64,000 bases of DNA, from NCBI GenBank assembly GCA_028865345.1, contig JAGWKL010000003.1, positions 128,184-192,183 on the forward strand, given 5' to 3'. A model generated the notes under the pieces. That model did no database searches. It saw nothing but the letters and a program-made list of their open reading frames with translations, and was not told the origin of the DNA. Below are positions 59,927-64,000 of the stretch, one piece after another; the stretch's first letter is position 1; each line of letters begins with the position of its first letter. Origin of the DNA: Candidatus Omnitrophota bacterium (lineage in GTDB: Bacteria; Omnitrophota; Gorgyraeia; Zapsychrales; Fredricksoniimonadaceae). A program made the position numbers and the translations under genes.

Positions 59927-60247
59927 ATGCGTGGTGTTATTAAAGGGGTGTTGGCAGAAGAATTGCAAAATTCTTTGCGGATGCAAAAGGATTATGAATC
60001 CGCTTTGTCAAAATTACCACAAGGATGCCTTGTTCAAAAGAGAATCAGGGGACATCTGTATTGGTATATAGTGAAAAGAGAGGGGAATAAGGTAAAGCAT
60101 TTATACAAAGGCAAACTATCATCAGAAGAAATTAATAAATATCAGGAGGCCAAATCTCTCAGGGCTCAATATCGTCACGCGTTATCTAAGCTTAAGAAGC
60201 AGATTAAGTTCTTAAAAGGGGTGTTACGTGGAAAAGAGCCAATATAA
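59927..60247 (+). CDS. Small basic hypothetical protein (R-G-H-L-Y-W-Y ... R-E-G-N-K-V-K-H-L-Y-K-G-K motif; C-terminal coiled-coil), mobile-element-associated type
   Basis: AGGAGGGG SD then ATG 59927. The motif resembles a small-protein family (possibly DUF6788) that I recall from mobile-element contexts. It is preceded by TTGTTA/TAACAA palindromes. Confidence 0.45.
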   Translation: MRGVIKGVLAEELQNSLRMQKDYESALSKLPQGCLVQKRIRGHLYWYIVKREGNKVKHLYKGKLSSEEINKYQEAKSLRAQYRHALSKLKKQIKFLKGVLRGKEPI

Positions 60248-60446
60248 TTTATGCGTTGCAATATTAATAAGGCTTAGATGCCAGATGGATGCCAAGAAAT
60301 TATCAGTCTACGGAGAAGACGTATCGTTCGCAATGAGAAACGGCCCCCCGCGGCAACCTCACGTATTTCCAGCCTGATTGTCATTCTCCGTCGATAAATT
60401 CAATATTCTTGCTTTTAGATTGTTTAGGATTTTTTAGGTTTCCTTG

Positions 60447-60464
60447 ATTGTGACCAGTCACAAT
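60447..60464 (+). promoter_or_regulatory. Perfect palindrome ATTGTGAC-CA-GTCACAAT, candidate operator ~40 nt upstream of membrane-protein paralog A
   Basis: 8-bp arms with a 2-nt centre, read from sequence. Confidence 0.45.
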
Positions 60465-60504
60465 TTAGACACCAAAAACGATGCGGTCTATCCGGGGGGG
60501 TAAT

Positions 60505-60906
60505 ATGATCCGAAACTTTTGCTCTAAACTGGCTGACTATAACTACCGAGTCCTTTGGGCAGAGGCTGTGGTTTTGTCCGTGATCATTGGTGCCGGACTG
60601 GCCTCCTGGCCGGGCGTTATTGTGCTTCTGGCGGTCCTGACATGGGTTTTGGACCGAAAGCAGGGGAAAGTACTGCTTATAGGCCTTTTTAGCCTGACCT
60701 GGGGCCTGCTGGCTGGAATGATAGGTTTTGGTTTAGGTGGATGGGCCTGGGCTCTGTTATTGGGCAGCCTGGCCTTGATAAGCGGGGTGAAGATCCATTG
60801 CCGGGATTTGAAAAGGCCCTTTGTTCAGGCTTATAACGATTTTAAGATGCTAAATGCTAAGGAATTGAGAGAGAGCTGGATTATAGGAAGACAAAATTTA
60901 AATTAG
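60505..60906 (+). CDS. Small polytopic membrane protein, paralog A of a three-member family in this island
   Basis: G-rich SD before ATG 60505; ~4 predicted TM helices; glycine-rich GFGLGGWAWALLLG segment. Homologous to the 62433-62846 product and the 62043-62150 fragment. Confidence 0.6.
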   Translation: MIRNFCSKLADYNYRVLWAEAVVLSVIIGAGLASWPGVIVLLAVLTWVLDRKQGKVLLIGLFSLTWGLLAGMIGFGLGGWAWALLLGSLALISGVKIHCRDLKRPFVQAYNDFKMLNAKELRESWIIGRQNLN

Positions 60907-61069
60907 AGTCAATATGTTACGAAAGTAAACCATTTAAACAATTTTGTTTCTCTCCGTTCATTTTCTACAGAAAATATCATAATTTGATATCATAAATCTA
61001 AGGATGCCACAGGAGATATCAGATGCGTCCTTATTCATAATTCAAATTGGGACGAGGAAGGATAATTAA

Positions 61070-61789
61070 ATGTGTTTACCTGAGCCGCCTAAATGGAAAG
61101 AAGATGCAATTACAAAATTTATTGGGGATGTACAGCACAATGCTTACGTTACATTTGTTAAATATTCAACTGAGTTTTCCCGTTTAATTGAGGTCGATAG
61201 CCTATTCCGAGAAGCGATTGGTTGTACCAATAATGCCAAATTTTGGTTTGCTTGTTTATTTCCTTTAAAAGCGCATTCGGCATTTTTGAGTGCTGTTCAA
61301 TTAATAATGGGTACTCAAGCGCAAGAATCGTACATGGTGATGAGGGGGACTATTGAAAATGCATTGTACGGCTACTATATTTTTAAACATAAAGAATTGG
61401 CCGAAGTGTATTTAAAAAGAGACGAAAATTTACAAACCAAACGAGAGATGAAAAAAAGATTCCAGAATAAAGCAATTATTGAGGAATTAAAGGCAGACGA
61501 AATGTCATTGGGAAGTGCGGTAGAAATATTATATGAAAGGGTGATTGATTTTGGTGCACACCCAAATGAGAAATCATTATCATCAGCGTTGAAGAGAACA
61601 GATTTAAAAGATGGTGTCCGATTTGACGTCAGTTATTTAACAGATAATCCTAAGGTAATAGAGCTTGGCTTAAAGACGGTAACCCAAGTGGGTATAGCTT
61701 GTGTTAAAATAATAGAGTTGCAATTTCCGGAAAGATTTAAGATTGTTGGTCTATCAGATAAGATTCAATCGATTAGTCGGTTTTTTTAA
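61070..61789 (+). CDS. Hypothetical 239-aa soluble protein, low-GC, with R-x6-H motif (ERVIDFGAHPNE) suggestive of a HEPN-type domain
   Basis: GAGGAAGG SD 7 nt upstream; no TM or signal peptide; a strong intrinsic terminator lies 64 nt downstream. The HEPN assignment is from the motif only. Confidence 0.6.
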   Translation: MCLPEPPKWKEDAITKFIGDVQHNAYVTFVKYSTEFSRLIEVDSLFREAIGCTNNAKFWFACLFPLKAHSAFLSAVQLIMGTQAQESYMVMRGTIENALYGYYIFKHKELAEVYLKRDENLQTKREMKKRFQNKAIIEELKADEMSLGSAVEILYERVIDFGAHPNEKSLSSALKRTDLKDGVRFDVSYLTDNPKVIELGLKTVTQVGIACVKIIELQFPERFKIVGLSDKIQSISRFF

Positions 61790-61852
61790 GACGTACTGAT
61801 TTGTAAACTAAAAAAGCTCCAAAACGCAATTTCTTCAAAATCAATAACTTAA

Positions 61853-61885
61853 CCCTTTCACCGTCGGTGGAAGGGTTTTTTATTT
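61853..61885 (+). terminator. Rho-independent terminator after the 239-aa gene
   Basis: CCCTTTCACCG-T-CGGTGGAAGGG (11-bp stem, one G-U) followed by TTTTTTATTT. Confidence 0.6.
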
Positions 61886-61958
61886 GCCAACCATCAGGTA
61901 TGATTACGCCTCATTGGGTATGCAAAGTGGACACCAATACGGACACCAAAGATAGACC

Positions 61959-62025
61959 GTCATTCTGAGCGAAGCGAAGAATCTCTAAAAGAACAACCCA
62001 TGTCATTCCCGCGAAAGTGGGAATC
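61959..62025 (+). repeat. Two related ~25-nt hairpin elements GTCATTC...GCGAA...GAATC (second is ATTCCCGC-GAAA-GTGGGAAT with a GNRA loop), plus tandem GGACACCAA repeats just upstream
   Basis: 61959-61983 and 62002-62025; GGACACCAATACGGACACCAA at 61927-61947. Confidence 0.35.
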
Positions 62026-62042
62026 CAGAAACGGAGGAATAA

Positions 62043-62150
62043 ATGTTAAATAAATTTAAAGATCATAATTACCGGGTTTTGTGGGTTGAGGCCGTGGTTT
62101 TGGCGGTGATTATTAGAGTGGAGTCATGTTGGGTTTATCACCAAAAATAA
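62043..62150 (+). pseudogene. Truncated paralog B of the small membrane-protein family (35 codons: MLNKFKDHNYRVLWVEAVVLAVII... then unrelated tail and stop)
   Basis: About 75% nt identity to codons 10-33 of paralog A (KLADYNYRVLWAEAVVLSVII); own GGAGGAA SD; homology ends abruptly near 62130. Confidence 0.5.
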
Positions 62151-62154
62151 CGAC

Positions 62155-62183
62155 TTGACATCATTCATGATTAAATTTACTAT
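62155..62183 (+). promoter_or_regulatory. Candidate promoter TTGACA-17-TACTAT for paralog C
   Basis: -35 62155-62160, -10 62178-62183; direct repeats CAGACTGATG at 62318-62327 and 62370-62379 lie in the leader. Confidence 0.35.
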
Positions 62184-62432
62184 TGCCTTTTATAATGTTT
62201 ATAAAAATCGTTCCATTCGTATTAGCATCATTCCTTCTCTTCAATCTTCCTTAGTTTTGCTGACTTAACTGCTAGTCAACAGATGAGCGGTCAGTTCCGC
62301 GCCAGTGAAAATCAGTTATCCAGACTGATGCTCTATGCTTTTAATCGTCAGTCCTTTGATTTAACGCAGACTGATGGTTCACATGTTTTGTGTCATAGCA
62401 CACTTTTAAACTGAATTAGAACGGGGGATGAT

Positions 62433-62846
62433 ATGTTAGAACTTATCAGAAAGGGTGCAAAATTAAGCGAAGAAAATCGTCCATTGCTTTGGTCCGAAGT
62501 GGCGTTATTTTCAGTATTGGCTGGCTTAGTATGTCATTCATGGGTAGTTTTTATTTTAGTTGCTGCCATGTTGTCGTGGGTTATGACCACACGCAATGGC
62601 ATGTTTTATATAATTTTTGCAATAAGTATATTATGGGCATTGATGCCAGCCTGCTGGGGGCTTGCTGGTGGAGGCTGGCTCTGGGCGCTTATTGTAGGTG
62701 GGACAGTTCTATTATGGGCTTTTAAGGTTCATGTCAATGGACTCAAATGGCAATGGGATGAACTAGTCTATAAAAGCGATAATACTGTTGAATGGAAGCA
62801 AATGTTTTGGAGTGGCCCCAACGCAAATCGGATTCCTCGTGTATAA
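62433..62846 (+). CDS. Small polytopic membrane protein, paralog C (same family as 60505-60906)
   Basis: Alignable with paralog A over about 100 aa (LWSEVALFSVLAGL..., GLAGGGWLWALIVGG); ~4 TM. Confidence 0.6.
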   Translation: MLELIRKGAKLSEENRPLLWSEVALFSVLAGLVCHSWVVFILVAAMLSWVMTTRNGMFYIIFAISILWALMPACWGLAGGGWLWALIVGGTVLLWAFKVHVNGLKWQWDELVYKSDNTVEWKQMFWSGPNANRIPRV

Positions 62847-62948
62847 AATTTGACTTTTTAGACAAGAGACCATAAAATACTAAAAATTGAAAGCAGTGGT
62901 GCCGTTTGAGGGGTAAATCCGCCACTTTAAAATAACTAAACACCTCCG

Positions 62949-63311
62949 TTGGACGCAATGTGTCTGGCGGGGGATTTTTTATTTATTATGGGAATTCCTG
63001 ATTTGGATACAGTAAGGGGGAAGATTCAAGATTGGGGGATTAAAAATCCTCGGATCATCAGGGCATACTTGTATGGTTCTTTTTTAACCAAAAAGAAATC
63101 TTCACCTGGGGATATTGATATAGCTATAGAAATAAGCAGCCAGAAGAATGATACTGCCTCCGGATTTTGGTGTGGAGAAGGTAAGAAAATGGAAGAGGAA
63201 CTATCAATCCTTTTAGCATATAAGGTCGACTTAGAGTGGTTAAACGATAGATCGCACATTGTAAAAAAAGGATTGGCTGACGGATCGTTATTGATTTATG
63301 AGGCAGGTTAG
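62949..63311 (+). CDS. Minimal nucleotidyltransferase (MNT, Pol-beta superfamily), the antitoxin-type partner of HEPN/MNT modules; no adjacent HEPN gene
   Basis: YLYGSFLTKKKSSPGDIDIAIE (GS-x9-13-DxD) motif; an alternative start at 62988 (MGIPDLDT) is possible. Confidence 0.65.
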   Translation: MDAMCLAGDFLFIMGIPDLDTVRGKIQDWGIKNPRIIRAYLYGSFLTKKKSSPGDIDIAIEISSQKNDTASGFWCGEGKKMEEELSILLAYKVDLEWLNDRSHIVKKGLADGSLLIYEAG

Positions 63312-63326
63312 GAGTAGAATTGCCAC

Positions 63327-63755
63327 ATGACAAAGGTCATTGAAATATTTAAGGTTGATATTGCCCTCAAAAAGTCTTTACCGTTGTATCTTTCCAGCAT
63401 TAAGGCCGGGTTTCCTTCGCCGGCAGAAGATTATTTAGACAAGAAACTGGACTTAAACGAGCATTTGATCAAGCATCCGACATCCACCTTCTTTGTGAAG
63501 GTCAAGGGGGATTCGATGGTGGGCACCGGTATCAATTCTGGAGATATTCTCATTGTTGACCGGTCCATCGAGGCCAAGAGCGGCAAGGTCGTTGTCGTTA
63601 TCCTTAACGGTGAGTTTACCGTCAAAAGATACCAGAAAAGGCAGGACAGGGTCTTTCTGCTGGCGGAAAACCCTGAGTACGGGCCTATCGAGATCGTTGA
63701 CGGGATGGACTTTGAGATTTGGGGAGTTGTGCTTCATGTGATTCATTCGGTATAG
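63327..63755 (+). CDS. umuD: UmuD/LexA-like S24 peptidase (translesion-synthesis UmuD-type)
   Basis: GDSMVGTGINSGDILIVD Ser nucleophile and downstream K in GEFTVKRY; 142 aa. Confidence 0.8.
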   Translation: MTKVIEIFKVDIALKKSLPLYLSSIKAGFPSPAEDYLDKKLDLNEHLIKHPTSTFFVKVKGDSMVGTGINSGDILIVDRSIEAKSGKVVVVILNGEFTVKRYQKRQDRVFLLAENPEYGPIEIVDGMDFEIWGVVLHVIHSV

Positions 63756-63767
63756 GAGAGGTGAGCA

Positions 63768-64000
63768 GTGAATAAGGTACTGGCAAACAAGATAGCGATC
63801 CTTAAAAAGAAACTTGAATCCCAAGCGGTCAATGTCCCTGATGACGTTATCCTTTACATTGCCCAAAAAACAAAAACTGCTGAACTTGTTGAAACCCTAA
63901 TCCATGTAATAGTGTACTCAATCGTAGTAGAAAGCCCTATTACGCTTGTCCTTGCCGAAAAGGCCTTAAAATCACCTAAGTATATTCTTGCGATAAGACG
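63768..64000 (+). CDS. Partial ORF (5' end only; continues beyond window), unknown function, not UmuC-like
   Basis: GTG 63768, open to window end (77 codons: VNKVLANKIAILKKKLESQAVNVPDDVILYIAQKTKTAELVETL...); GAGAGGTGAG SD-like upstream. Confidence 0.3.
   Translation, partial: MNKVLANKIAILKKKLESQAVNVPDDVILYIAQKTKTAELVETLIHVIVYSIVVESPITLVLAEKALKSPKYILAIR

Noticed and set aside
62489-62725. 78-aa alternative-frame ORF inside paralog C
   Set aside because: It is nested in a different frame of a better-supported gene and has no start context.
58613-64000. Integrase, transposase, IS element or CRISPR array in the AT-rich island
   Set aside because: I looked for DDE/tyrosine-recombinase motifs and regularly spaced repeats on both strands and found none. 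Only short palindromes and two-copy direct repeats are present.

Overview
This 64-kb window appears to come from a Gram-negative (LPS-producing) bacterium with mid-50s % GC, estimated by eye. Positions 1-58.6 kb are a densely packed, almost entirely plus-strand housekeeping core. It contains the murA 3' end, trpG-trpD-trpC-trpF, ubiE-menF-menD, a PIF1-like helicase ORF, a bifunctional aldolase/SDR, a DEAD-box helicase, an ABC-F ATPase and tRNA-Ser. It continues with lpxB-oxidoreductase divergent from msbA, rpsB-tsf-pyrH-frr, tRNA-Lys/Leu/Gly, ptsN-yvcK-ptsH-ptsI, metK-ahcY, pfkA plus a class II aldolase, ilvC, leuA, aroE, prepilin peptidase, aroK and dprA-topA-xerC. A large LPS inner-core block follows: waaA, lpxK, an lpxL-GtrOC1-like fusion, a GT4-GT9 fusion, one GT4 and three tandem GT9 heptosyltransferase paralogs. 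That block ends with a ferredoxin, a YaeQ-like gene, nnrE and a TRAM-less MiaB-like radical SAM gene. At about 58.6 kb the sequence becomes visibly AT-rich immediately after a truncated tRNA-Thr(UGU)-like 5' fragment. The downstream roughly 5.4 kb looks like a horizontally acquired accessory island. It carries higBA with a textbook promoter/operator, a small basic protein behind TTGTTA/TAACAA palindromes, and an array of three paralogous small multi-TM protein genes (two intact, one truncated) bracketing a low-GC 239-aa protein with an R-x6-H (HEPN-like) motif. An orphan MNT-type nucleotidyltransferase, umuD and a partial ORF complete it. The two most unusual items are this membrane-paralog plus 239-aa module, a candidate undescribed toxin/immunity or abortive-infection system, and the 1083-aa ORF at 8051-11302. 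That ORF reads without a stop from a complete Pif1 helicase into a signal-peptide-bearing DUF3857/transglutaminase-like protein whose catalytic Cys is replaced by Gly. All calls rest on reading the six-frame translations and the DNA by eye; no database searches were run.
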